Origin: Eledone cirrhosa
Lineage: Eukaryota
Length of the DNA stretch: 64,000 bases
Reading direction: 5' to 3'
Assembly (NCBI GenBank): GCA_964016885.1
Contig: OZ024766.1
Coordinates: forward strand, 8,742,001 to 8,806,000
Of the stretch, positions 27,383-39,774 are shown piece by piece (position 1 is the stretch's first letter; each line of letters begins with the position of its first letter). The position numbers were made by a program, and so were the translations under genes. The notes below the pieces were generated by a model, which was not told where the DNA came from, did not search any database, and worked only from the letters and a program-made list of their open reading frames with translations.

Positions 27383-27728
27383 TTCTATAATAAGCCATCT
27401 CGTTCATGTTCTGTCCAGTGGTGACTGTCAGTATATTCTTTGGTGAATATATCTTACAAAGCTGTTTGACTTCGTCGTAACTGAAGTATTCTGTTTCTTC
27501 GGTTAAAGCAGTGACCGCACACTTGAGAAGAGTGTTGCATGGAATGAAGTGGTCAGTTGTGGTCTTCAAAAGGTAGCTGTAGGTATAGCCACTAGCCAGA
27601 TGTTCATATTGGGCTTCACTGTAGTTCGGCCTCTCTGACCCTGAACACGATGATGTTGTTGAGGTGAGGGTGACCGCAATGGTCAGAAGTAGAAGTGGAG
27701 CGAGGTAGATTGGTAGTGACAGCTTCAT
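27383..27728 (-). CDS. Coding exon 1 of a 5-exon secreted PAN/apple-like protein (signal peptide + PAN-like domain)
   Basis: ATG at 27728, MKLSLPIYLAPLLLLTIAVTLTS (hydrophobic signal peptide), then CNTLLKCAVTA...YFSYDEVKQLCKIY (PAN-like Cys/FSY pattern). Ends at a GTAAGT donor (27382-27377); 346 nt, phase 1. Confidence 0.85.
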
Positions 27729-27929
27729 GTCGACCAACACTACCACAACTGGGACTGGACAGTGGGAAGAAGGACGGTGTAATATCCTGGGCTACCCTAT
27801 GAGGGCCGAGAGTGGGCAGTGAGAGGAGTGTGTTATAAGGATGGTGAAGTGACCAAGACAGACTTGGAAAACATACAGATAAAAGGGAGAATAGAGAAGG
27901 ATTAGAATAATAACAGGCTGGTCACTCTG

Positions 27930-28395
27930 GCCACTGATGTCCACTGTTGTCCACTGCTGCCACCAATATCAACTGTGATCTGAAATGTCCACTGCTCCAA
28001 GCTAAAATCAATGTCCACTAAAGGCAGAACTAACCAATATAGCCACCAACATCCACAAAAGCCAGAATTGACTACTATAGCCCCCAATGTTCACTACAGC
28101 CAGAACTGACCACTAAAGCGCGAACTGCCCACTACAGCCAGAACTGACCACTACAACTCGAGCTGCCCACTACAGCCAGGACTGACCTCAACAACCCGAA
28201 CTGCCCACTACAGCCACCAATTTCCACTGCCGCTAAAACCGACCACTACAGCCAGGACTGCCCACTAAAGCCAGGACTAACCACTACAACCAGAACTAAC
28301 CACTACAGCCACAAATGTTCACTAAATCAAGAACTAATCACAAAAGCTAGAATTGACCACTACAACCAGGACTGTTCACCACAACTGACCACTGA
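27930..28395. repeat. Degenerate ~20-bp tandem repeat upstream of exon 1
   Basis: ccactacagccagaactga-like units. Confidence 0.75.
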
Positions 28396-28749
28396 ATATA
28401 AACATCTCAGTTACTAACACATATATGTATAGAGAGAGAGACACGCTTCACTGAACATGGAGTGCTGTTTGGTCAATGGAGGGTGTAGGTGGATGGTGTA
28501 GTGGGAGGGGATGGTGTAGTGGTAATCAATGACACTTATTGAATACACACACACATATATATGTATACATATCTACACACTCTTATACATGCACACACAC
28601 ACACACACATATATATGTATACATATATACACACACTTATACATGCACACACACACATATACATGTATATATACTAACACAAATATACACATACCTATAC
28701 GCACGTGTGTGTAGGTAGGTGTATATTATATATAAATATATATATATAT

Positions 28750-29176
28750 GCAAAAGTTTTATTTAAAATTGTTGGGTTACAACAAGTAAATATTTTATAA
28801 CCGATATAAAGCACTCAACAGTTTCTGGAGTAGATATACGATATTAAACAAATGGAAACTATATTTATAAAACCATATTTATTTCATTATACATATTTCG
28901 GGGATACCATATTAAAAATATGGCATGCCTTCTTCAGATAAAATACAATATATAAACAGTTTTATAAATAATTTTGACGTACCATAAATATTGAGCAACC
29001 GGCTTCCTACATAACGGTTGCTCAATATTTATGGTACGTCAAAATTATTTATAAAACTGTTTATATATTGTATTTTATCTGAAGAAGGCATGCCATATTT
29101 TTAATATGGTATCCCCGAAATATGTATAATGAAATAAATATGGTTTTATAAATATAGTTTCCATTTGTTTAATATC

Positions 29177-29180
<4 letters not shown>
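28750..29180. mobile_element. Family C fold-back palindrome with two hammerheads (related copies 39403-39707, 55110-55332, 62843-63048)
   Basis: Arms about 28834-29000 and 29015-29180, short loop, unpaired tail 28750-28833, (TA)n flanks. Confidence 0.8.
29071..29136 (+). ncRNA. Minimal hammerhead (family C); inverted twin at about 28880-28945
   Basis: tattttat CTGAAGA aggcatgccatatt-ttt-aatatggtatcccc GAAAT atgt ATA atgaaata. Confidence 0.75.
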
Positions 29181-29210
<30 letters not shown>

Positions 29211-30050
29211 TTGCATACTTAGACACACAGTATATATATGTATGTATATATATACATACATACATATATATATATGCACACATATATATATATACATACA
29301 TATATGTATACATACATATATGTATATATATATATATATATGTGTGCACATACATATATGTATATGCACACATATATATATATATACATACATATATGTA
29401 TATGCACACACATATATATATATACATGGTGGCTGCCAACTCGTTTTCGAGTACGGCCACTACTTTATATCCATGTAGGAGAACCCCTACTGATGCGCTG
29501 AACGAGTGTGACTTTTTAGTCCAGCCAGCGACTTGAAAGCTCTGGTACAAACACCACACTTGTGACAATTATTGACACATAGTGCTGGGCCCATGGTACC
29601 ATGTGACGACAAATGCAGAGAGATCTCCAGATATAAAGCAATGCCTGTGCCGTGAAGCTTTTATAGTGAGCAAAGGCACTGCACAAAGCCAGTCCCACTC
29701 TCTTGACCAAGATGATATTTACCAAAAAGAAGAACAAGTCAACATCATTGGATACCATCAGGGTTGCAGGTGTTATATCAGAGTTTTCCTTCTCCTAGAA
29801 TTCTGCCTTGACAAAGGCTAAGGGGTCATCTCTCCCGGTGATTTTGGATGGCCATTGACTCTTAAGAGCTCCTTTGCCCTTTGACAGGTTTTGTTTTTAG
29901 TCCTGCAGGATGTCCAAAGTCACCCTCCTCACCAAGAAACCTTGGTGGGGTTGCCAGTTTAGTCGCCAACGACCCGACCATGGGACAGGTTGTACTGGAA
30001 TACATGTTACCAGTAGCACCAACTGGTGACCTGACATACATATATATGCA

Positions 30051-30093
<43 letters not shown>

Positions 30094-30094
30094 G

Positions 30095-30146
<52 letters not shown>

Positions 30147-30544
30147 GATAATAAGGGCGCTGCGGAGTTGCAAATGGGTTACATATGAATAAAGTTAGTC
30201 CTTCATCAGTGATCTTCCAACCTTCATAGGTATTTCATCACTTTAAAGACCATATACCTCCGGTTGGTGCGAGCAACGGCTTAAAAAAGTCGTTGGGACA
30301 CGTAAATAAAGGGGACACGAGGGTAAACAAACAAAATGGTGAAGCAACAGATACATATATATATATATGTGCACACATACATATATATATACATATATAT
30401 AGGTGCAAAAGGTTTTTCCCTCAAAATGGAAGGCAGGCAGTATGATGTGTGTATACGAACAGCAATGTTACATGGTAGTGAAACCTGGGCACTGTCTGTG
30501 GAAGACTTACTTAGATTAGAAAGAAACGAAGCCTCCATGCTCCG

Positions 30545-30546
<2 letters not shown>

Positions 30547-30577
<31 letters not shown>

Positions 30578-32648
30578 GTTTAACGTCCGTGTTCCACGCT
30601 TGCATGGGTTTGGACGGGGGTTTTCCCACTTGAGGCAAGAGTGATTGTCTTGCTCGCATAGGACTGTCTGGCGGGTTTTCTACAGTTGGATGCCCTTCCT
30701 AACACCAACCACATTTACAGTGTGGGGCTGGGAGGTTTTTACCGTGTTGCCTACACGGCCACATTACAGCGTGGACTGTCTGGCGGGTTTTCTACAGCTG
30801 GATGCCCTTCCTAACACCAACCACATTTACAGTGTGGGGCTGGGAGGTTTTTACCGTGTTGCCTACACGGCCACATTACAGCGTGGACTGTCTGGCGGGT
30901 TTTCTACAGCTGGATGCCCTTCCTAACACCAACCACATTTACAGTGTGGGGCTGGGAGGTTTTTACCGTGTTGCCTACACGGCCACATTACAGCGTGGAC
31001 TGTCTGGCGGGTTTTCTACAGCTGGATGCCCTTCCTAACACCAACCACATTTACAGTGTGGGGCTGGGAGGTTTTTACCGTGTTGCCTACACGGCCACAT
31101 TACAGCGTGGACTGTCTGGCGGGTTTTCTACAGTTGGATGCCCTTCCTAACACCAACCACATTTACAGTGTGGGGCTGGGAGGTTTTTACCGTGTTGCCT
31201 ACACGGCCACATTACAGCGTGGACTGTCTGGCGGGTTTTCTACAGCTGGATGCCCTTCCTAACACCAACCACATTTACAGTGTGGGGCTGGGAGGTTTTT
31301 ACCGTGTTGCCTACACGGCCACATTACAGCGTGGACTGTCTGGCGGGTTTTCTACAGCTGGATGCCCTTCCTAACACCAACCACATTTACAGTGTGGGGC
31401 TGGGAGGTTTTTACCGTGTTGCCTACACGGCCACATTACAGCGTGGACTGTCTGGCGGGTTTTCTACAGCTGGATGCCCTTCCTAACACCAACCACATTT
31501 ACAGTGTGGGGCTGGGAGGTTTTTACCGTGTTGCCTACACGGCCACATTACAGCGTGGACTGTCTGGCGGGTTTTCTACAGCTGGATGCCCTTCCTAACA
31601 CCAACCACATTTACAGTGTGGGGCTGGGAGGTTTTTACCATGTTGCCTACACGGCCACATTACAGCGTGGACTGTCTGGCGGGTTTTCTACAGCTGGATG
31701 CCCTTCCTAACACCAACCACATTTACAGTGTGGGGCTGGGAGGTTTTTACCGTGTTGCCTACACGGCCACATTACAGCGTGGACTGTCTGGCGGGTTTTC
31801 TACAGCTGGATGCCCTTCCTAACACCAACCACATTTACAGTGTGGGGCTGGGAGGTTTTTACCATGTTGCCTACACGGCCACATTACAGCGTGGACTGTC
31901 TGGCGGGTTTTCTACAGCTGGATGCCCTTCCTAACACCAACCACATTTACAGTGTGGGGCTGGGAGGTTTTTACCGTGTTGCCTACACGGCCACATTACA
32001 GCGTGGACTGTCTGGCGGGTTTTCTACAGCTGGATGCCCTTCCTAACACCAACCACATTTACAGTGTGGGGCTGGGAGGTTTTTACCGTGTTGCCTACAC
32101 GGCCACATTACAGCGTGGACTGTCTGGCGGGTTTTCTACAGTTGGATGCCCTTCCTAACACCAACCACATTTACAGTGTGGGGCTGGGAGGTTTTTACCG
32201 TGTTGCCTACACGGCCACATTACAGCGTGGACTGTCTGGCGGGTTTTCTACAGCTGGATGCCCTTCCTAACACCAACCACATTTACAGTGTGGGGCTGGA
32301 AGGTTTTTACCGTGTTGCCTACACGGTCACATTACAGCGTGGACTGTGTGTTTTTTTTTTCGTGACACCTACACGATCTCATTTGTTTCGGCCTGGATTT
32401 TGTGGCACCAACATAACTTTACATTGAAAGGGGCGGTGTGGATGGGGTGGGGGTGGTGGGACGGGGGGTGTATTTTGTTAGAGATGCCTACTGACTGTAG
32501 TAGGTTTTACTTTGTATTTAGGTAAGGCGGGTCTTCTCTGTTACTGAGTACCGCCAAAGGTCTCGGTCCAGTGACATTGTCTTGGAGAGGTGTAAGTGTG
32601 TGAGGTCGGAATTTATCAGCTCGTCCCAGGTTTTTCTGGGTCTGCCTA
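30547..32648 (-). mobile_element. Nested RTE 3' end with a 7-bp target-site duplication
   Basis: ctccgat at 30540-30546 and 32649-32655; (GAT)n tail; encodes a RPRKTWDELI...DRDLWR remnant. Confidence 0.75.
30661..32346. repeat. 112-bp tandem array, about 15 near-identical copies
   Basis: ORF starts recur every 112 bp; the unit contains gatgcccttcctaacaccaacc. Confidence 0.97.
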
Positions 32649-33025
32649 CTCCGATGGATGTGTAATAGTATTATACGCGAACGGCAAAGTATGAACGAAT
32701 TGAGGGAGAGTCTGAGCATAAGAGGCATCAAATGCTGTGTGCAGGAGAGGAAATTGACCTGGTATGGACATGTGATGAGTATGAAGGATGACAGCTGCAT
32801 AAAAAGGTGCAGAGCACTAGAAGTCGATGGAAACCGCGGAGTGGGGAGACCCAAGAAGACCTGGGATGAGGTGATAAAAGCGGACCTTGCCCGATTGCAC
32901 CTCTCAAAGGAGATGACGCAGGACCGTGACCTCTGGCGTCACGCAGTAATACAGATGACCCAACTTCCCACGAGTACAAGCCGAAGCTGAAGCTTATAGA
33001 CAATATGTCACAACCCCCTCCCTCT

Positions 33026-35333
33026 GCAAAGTGGTCATGTAGGTGTCACAACAAAAAGCACCCAGTCCACACTGTAAAGTGGTCATGTAGGTGTCACAAC
33101 AAAAAGCACCCAGTCCACACTGTAAAGTGGTCATGTAGGTGTCACAACAAAAAACACCCAGTCCACACTGTAAAGTGGTCATGTAGGTGTCATGACAAAA
33201 AACACCCTGTCCACACTGTAAAGTGGTCATGTAGGTGTCATGCCAAAAAACACCCAGTCCACACTGTAAAGTGGTCATGTAGCTGTCATGACAAAAAACA
33301 CCCAGTCCACACTGTAAAGTGGTCATGTAGGTGTCACAACAAAAAGCACCCAGTCCACACTGTAAAGTGGTCATGTAGGTGTCAACAAAAAGCACCCATT
33401 CCACACTGTAAAGTGGTCATGTAGGTGTCACAACAAAAAGTACCCAGTCCACACTGTAAAGTGGTCATGTAGGTGTCATGACAAAAAGCACCCAGCCCAC
33501 ACTGTAAAGTGGTCATGTAGGTGTCATGACAAAAAGCACCCAGTCCACACTGTAAAGTGGTCATGTAGGTGTCACGACAAAAAGACACCCAGTCCACACT
33601 GTAAAGTGGTCATGTAGGTGTCACAACAAAAAGACACCCAGTCCACACTGTAAAGTGGTCATGTAGGTGTCACAACAAAAAGCACCCAGTCCACACTGTA
33701 AAGTGGTCATGTAGGTGTCATGGCAAAAAGCATCCAGTCTACACAGTAAAGTGGTCATGTAGCTGTCATGACAAAAAACACCCAGTCCACACTGTAAAGT
33801 GGTCATGTAGGTGTCACAACAAAAAGCACCCAGTCCACACTGTAAAGTGGTCATGTAGGTGTCATGACAAAAAGCACCCAGTCCACACTGTAAAGTGGTC
33901 ATGTAGGTGTCACAACAAAAAAACACCCAGTCCACACTGTAAAGTGGTCATGTAGGTGTCATAACAAAAGGACACCCAGTCCACACTGTAAAGTGGTCGT
34001 GTAGGTGTCATGACAAAAAGCACCCAGCCCACACTGTAAAGTGGTCATGTAGGTGTCACAACAAAAAGCACCCAGTCCACACTGTAAAGTGGTCATGTAG
34101 GTGTCATGACAAAAAGTACCCAGTCCACACTGTAAAGTGGTCATGTAGGTGTCACAACAAAAAGTACCCAGTCCACACTGTAAAGTGGTCATGTAGGTGT
34201 CATGGCAAAAAGCATCCAGTCTACACAGTAAAGTGGTCATGTAGCTGTCATGACAAAAAACACCCAGTCCACACTGTAAAGTGGTCATGTAGGTGTCACA
34301 ACAAAAAGCACCCAGTCCACACTGTAAAGTGGTCATGTAGGTGTCACGACAAAAAGCACCCAGTCCACACTGTAAAGTGGTCATGTAGGTGTCACAACAA
34401 AAAAACACCCAGTCCACACTGTAAAGTGGTCATGTAGGTGTCATAACAAAAGGACACCCAGTCCACACTGTAAAGTGGTCGTGTAGGTGTCATGACAAAA
34501 AGCACCCAGCCCACACTGTAAAGTGGTCATGTAGGTGTCACAACAAAAAGCACCCAGTCCACACTGTAAAGTGGTCATGTAGGTGTCATGACAAAAAGTA
34601 CCCAGTCCACACTGTAAAGTGGTCATGTAGGTGTCACAACAAAAAGTACCCAGTCCACACTGTAAAGTGGTCATGTAGGTGTCATGACAAAAAGCACCCA
34701 GCCCACACTGTAAAGTGGTCATGTAGGTGTCATGACAAAAAGCACCCAGTCCACACTGTAAAGTGGTCATGTAGGTGTCATGACAAAAAGCACCCAATCC
34801 ACACTGTAAAGTGGTCATGTAGGTGTCACGACAAAAAGCACCCAGTCCACACTGTAAAGTGGTCATGTAGGTGTCATGACAAAAAGCACCCAGCCCACAC
34901 TGTAAAGTGGTCATGTAGGTGTCATGACAAAAAGCACCCATTCCACACTGTAAAGTGGTAATGTAGGTGTCACAACAAAAAGACACCCAGTCCACACTGT
35001 AAAGTGGTAGTGTTGGTGTCACAACAAAAAGCACCCATTCCACACTGTAAAGTGGTCATGTATGTGTCATTGCAAAAAGCACCCAGTCTACACAGTAAAG
35101 TGGTCATGTAGGTGTCACAACAAAAAGACACCCAGTCCACACTATAAAGTGGTCATGTAGGTGTCACAACAAAAAGCACCCAGTCCACACTGTAAAGTGG
35201 TCATGTAGGTGTCACAACAAAAAGCACCCAGTCCACACTGTAAAGTGGTCATGTAGGTGTCACAACAAAAAGCACCCAGTCCACACTGTAAAGTGGTCAT
35301 GTAGGTGTCACGACAAAAAGCACCCAGTTCACA
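33026..35333. repeat. 48-bp tandem array, about 48 copies
   Basis: Unit cagtccacactgtaaagtggtcatgtaggtgtcacaacaaaaagcacc. Confidence 0.97.
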
Positions 35334-35711
35334 CAATTATTTATTATATATATTTATATATAGTATATATTATATTATTTATTATATACTAGCTGTCAGG
35401 GGATTTCAGAGATCCACATGGTGTGGACATGGATATTTTCAAGAAATAATTGTTTCTACTTTTGGCACAAGGCCAGCAATTATCCAGTGTATTACTGGTA
35501 CTTTATTTTATCGACCCCGTAAGGATGAAAGGCAAAGTTAACCTCGGCGGGATTTGAACTCAGAATGGCAAGGGCCGTAACTCTATGCGTCAAAGCATGA
35601 CGTCCGACCCTCTACCGATACTATCAATCCACCGCCCATATATATAATAAATAAGATAATATATACTATATATAAATATATATTATATATTTTTATTTTA
35701 CTATATATATA

Positions 35712-35935
35712 CTCTTTTACCTGGTCCAGTCATCCGGCTGAGGCCATGCTGGGGCACCGCCGTTGTTGCTACACATTCTATCTCCACCCTGTGTTGGCTG
35801 GCCATTGGTGTAAGAGGGAGTTCGTTGCTGCTGCCCTTAGGTTACCTTCGTACCTTGCTGTGGGCTCATCTGGGATCCTGGTTAGCAGGAGTTTGAGATG
35901 TTTCTTGAAAACATCCCCGCCCACACCAAGCAGAT
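35712..35935 (-). mobile_element. CR1/L2-type LINE 3' end (second copy 63531-63775)
   Basis: DVFKKHL...IPDEPT...RAAATNSLLHQ; GTAAAAGA tail repeats. Confidence 0.7.
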
Positions 35936-36250
35936 CTCTCAACAGCTTATTGACGAGTTGAGGGTCATTGAACCCCAGGTTATCGCAATATATCGATTTT
36001 TCTGAGCATGTCCGTGTTGATGTAAATAACAGGCATATAAGTGGCATTGATTATAATAATTGTGAATATATTGCATGTACATACATGTACCTGCGTATAC
36101 ATGTATGTATACATGTATCTGTATATTGCTTCCCCGCTCTCTCTGTTTCTCTCACCTTCTTTCGCCCCCTCTGTCAGTTACACTTTCTCTTGACTGGCCT
36201 CTTCCTCGCACTTCCACTCACCCACTCTGTTTTCAAGAAATAATATATAT

Positions 36251-36652
36251 ATCATCATCATCGAAATCATTATCACCGTTTTACGTCCGTTCTTCCACGC
36301 TAGCATGGGTTAGAAGGGTTGTCCTGTTGTGTGCAGTGTCTGGTCGGCTGACCATGCCTTGCTCATACAGGAACTGATTTGGCTTGATTTCTACAGCTGG
36401 ATGCCCTTCCTAACACCAACCTCATTTACAGTGAGTGCTGGGTGCTTTTTCGTGGCGCCTACACGTCCACTTTACAGTGTGGGCTGGGTGCTTTTTTGCC
36501 GTGGCACCTCCACGACCACCTTGCAGTGGGGGGTGTGGGGGCATATTGTTTATATGCTTCAGCTTGTACCCATGGGAGGTCGGGTACTCTGTATTACTGC
36601 GTGACGCCAGAAGTCACGGTCGTGTGTCATTGTCTTTGAGAGGTGTAATTGG
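36251..36652 (-). mobile_element. RTE 3' end with an unexpanded 3' UTR
   Basis: LHLSKTMTHDRDFWRHAV remnant; gatgcccttcctaacaccaac; only about two 48-bp UTR repeats. Confidence 0.75.
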
Positions 36653-36882
36653 GTAAATCGATATATTGCGATAACCTGGGGTTCAATGACCCTCAACTCG
36701 TCAACAAGCTGTTGATATATATATATATTGTTATACTTTGGGAGGGTCATGTTGCCAATAAGAAACACACGCACCAGTTGCTTTCACTTCAATTTATTAT
36801 ATATTTATAAATTTACAAATCTACAAACTTATAAATTTCTGGTTGGTTGGTTGGTTCCACAACCAGATAGTTGTTTATATAT

Positions 36883-36927
36883 AGTCATAGTTCTTTCGTC
36901 ACACACTCTGTGACCTCTTCAGTGACT
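36883..36927 (-). ncRNA. Minimal hammerhead (family E)
   Basis: Minus strand: agtca CTGAAGA g gtcac-agagtgt-gtgac GAAAG aa CTA tgact. Confidence 0.7.
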
Positions 36928-37083
36928 GGGGATTCCTTTCTTTGTTTCTGTCCTACGCCATTTTGTTTCTGTGTGTGTGTTGTGTGCTCAGTCTGCGCAT
37001 GCGCCACATCCGGGTGTCTGTGTGTGTTTATGTTCATTTATCTATTTGTTTATTTACATGTTACTGGTTGGTTGTTTATATAT

Positions 37084-37132
<49 letters not shown>

Positions 37133-37948
37133 AGAAGGGGTATTTAATTTGTTGGAAGTCCGACAAATATAAATGTTTATAACTGATTTATAGCACTCAA
37201 CTGGTTACTAACAGGTTACTATCCAGTGAATTTCCAACCGATAAAAACAAACTTAAACCCTAACTAATTCCTCTAAGTTCATAATTCATTCAACCTCTCC
37301 TTCTTTCACATTATATCCTTAATATCCTTAATATTTTTATTTTAATAATACATATTAATAAATTCTTTTTTTCGCACATATTATTAAACCCTTCAATATA
37401 TAAACCTTAAATAAATACTTGTTTCTTCTTTAGGCACAAGGCCAGCAATTGCCCAGTGCATTACTGGTACTTTATTTTATCGACCCCGTAAGGATGAAAG
37501 GCAAAGTCAACCTCGGCGGGATTTGAACTCAGATCGTAAAGGGACGTAACTATGCTTGAAAGCATGGCGTCCGACCCTCTACCGATACTGCCAATCCTAA
37601 TTCCTTTTTCTTTAATCATAAACACCACCATTCATAAACCTCATAAACTTTTAATTTCAAAATCTTTTTAAATTATCTATTATCTTTCTCTGTGAGACAA
37701 TGTTTTCTCAGTTGTAAAGCCTATTTCTCTCTCTCTCTCTCTCTCTCTCATTTCTCCTCCTCTCTCATCCTTCGTTCTTATACTCCTCCCCCGTCATCCT
37801 TTATTTTCTTTCTTCCTCTTCCTTACCTTTTCCTAACCCCCTCTCCTTTTTTTCCCAATCTCATATATCCATCTTACTTTATTTTTCATATGTTGATTTA
37901 ACACTTCACTGGTCGCAAGTGTTTTTTAAGCTTCATATCATGTCTCCC

Positions 37949-38019
37949 TATTTTATCTGATGAGAACGCAAATATCATCCCATGATGATATTTGTTTTTG
38001 AAATGCGCATAATAAAATA
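37949..38019 (+). ncRNA. Minimal hammerhead with palindromic stem III ATGCGCAT
   Basis: tattttat CTGATGA gaacgcaaatatcatc-ccat-gatgatatttgttttt GAAAT gcgc ATA ataaaata. Perfect 8-bp stem I. Confidence 0.8.
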
Positions 38020-38049
38020 CATGGAACTCTTTTAACCATCTTTTGATGT

Positions 38050-38097
<48 letters not shown>

Positions 38098-38147
38098 TCA
38101 TCATCATCATCATCATCATTTTACGTCCGCTTTTCCCTGCTTGCAAG

Positions 38148-38211
38148 ATTTCATTATACATATTTCAGGGATACCAAATTAAATTATGGTATGCCTTCAT
38201 CAGACAAAATA
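38148..38211 (-). ncRNA. Minimal hammerhead (family C variant)
   Basis: Minus strand: tattttgt CTGATGA aggcatacca...tggtatccct GAAAT atgt ATA atgaaat. Confidence 0.65.
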
Positions 38212-38511
38212 CAATATATAACAGTTTTACAAAATTATAACAGTTTTACAAATAAGCTTTGACGTACCCTATTAAAATGCAACCATTGTTTTTGGAAGTC
38301 ATCCGGATATATATATATATAAGAAAGGAATTGTGGTAAGGAACCAGATGGACCATAACGCACCAGAGTACTCAATACTTAGGGTAGTAGAATGGGAAAT
38401 AGAAAAAAGTATGACCCCTACGGCAGAGCTCAAGCCGTTTCGACGGCTATTTCTGGACTCCAGAAATAGCCATCAAAACGGCTTGAGCTCTGCCGTAGGG
38501 GTCATACTTTT

Positions 38512-38568
<57 letters not shown>

Positions 38569-38694
38569 AAACAGGAAGTAAGGTTCTATAGTAAACAATG
38601 GATATAGAAAAAATGTGAAGTTGAAAATAGCACGGAAAATATATTTAAGGGTCTGTTTTTCTTTTTTTATCTTTTCAGGAGAAATCATCAGGAA

Positions 38695-38743
38695 GCTTCC
38701 TGATAATTTCTCCCGATTGAAACAGTTCTAGTCCTGTAGAAGC
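38695..38743 (+). ncRNA. Decayed hammerhead (family D)
   Basis: gcttc CTGATAA...GAAACAG ttctagtc CTGTA gaagc. The adjacent inverted arm retains tcatcag (CTGATGA). Confidence 0.55.
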
Positions 38744-38944
38744 CATTTCTATATTAAATATTTATACTCTGTTATGTATTGAGTACTTTATTTACTGTGG
38801 TTACCTCCGATTGAACCTGGTATAAACTTTAATCTGTTATTTTAATAAATATTTGTTCTACGGTTCTTATATATTTGATATATATTTATCCTTATCGAGC
38901 CCTCTTTGGATTTTAGTCTTCAAATTTATTATTATTACTATATA

Positions 38945-39385
38945 AGAAACTCACTCAGATGGTGGATGGGTGCTACACGAGAATGCTGAGGATGGCTCTG
39001 AACATTAATCAGTATACACTGAGAATGAAGAACTCAGAGCTGTTTGGGAGCCTCCCAAGAGTCAGCTCAAAAGTGACACAGAGGAGACTAAGGTTAGCTG
39101 GACATGCTCCCCGACATCCAGAGTTGACACTGCACTCAGTGCTCCTGTGGGAGCCCCTACATGGACACACTAGGTTAGCTGGACATGTTCACCGACATCC
39201 AGAGTTGACATTGTACTCAGTGCTCCTGTCGGAACCCCTACATGGACACACTAGGTTAGCTGGACATGCTCACCGACATCCAGAGTTGTCACTGCACTCA
39301 GTGCTCCTGTGGCAGCGATAATGAAGGACAGAGACCGCTGGAGAGAACTCGTCCATGGATGTCGGGAATTTTACCCGCCCTAGAA
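38945..39385 (+). mobile_element. RTE-clade LINE 3' fragment with an 81-bp triplication
   Basis: DGCYTRMLRMALN...RRLRLAGH...VLLWEP; same 3' end as 9130-9320. Confidence 0.75.
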
Positions 39386-39598
39386 ATATATATATATATA
39401 TATGCAAAAGTTTTATATAAAATTGTTGGGTTACAACAAGTAAATATTTTATAACTGATATAAAGCACTCGACAAGTTTTTTAACTGTGCTTAACACTAA
39501 ATATTTATAAACATCTCACTACCAAACCAGCTTCTTACATAACGGTTGGTCAATATTTATGGTACGTCAAAATTATTTATAAAACTGTTTATATATTG

Positions 39599-39664
39599 TA
39601 TTTTATCTGAAGAAGGCATGCCATATTTTTAATATGGTATCCCCGAAATATGTATAATGAAATA
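39599..39664 (+). ncRNA. Minimal hammerhead (family C)
   Basis: Same motif as 29071-29136. Confidence 0.75.
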
Positions 39665-39705
39665 AATATGGTTTTATAAATATAGTTTCCATTTGTTTAA
39701 TATCG

Positions 39706-39736
<31 letters not shown>

Positions 39737-39774
39737 GCACACACACACATATATATATTAACACACACATATAT

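Larger units (their letters stand above)
30400..35335 (+). mobile_element. RTE LINE 3' half, interrupted by a nested antisense copy
   Basis: AMLHGSETWAL...RLERNEASMLR (to 30545) resumes as RWMCN...WYGHV...GRPKKTW...DRDLWR (32650-32990). Confidence 0.8.

Noticed and set aside
30645-35336. Repeated 78-aa ORFs and CCDTYMTTLQCGLG repeats; superficially CRISPR-like regular arrays
   Set aside because: Plain 112-bp and 48-bp tandem repeats with no unique spacers and no cas genes; derived from an RTE UTR.
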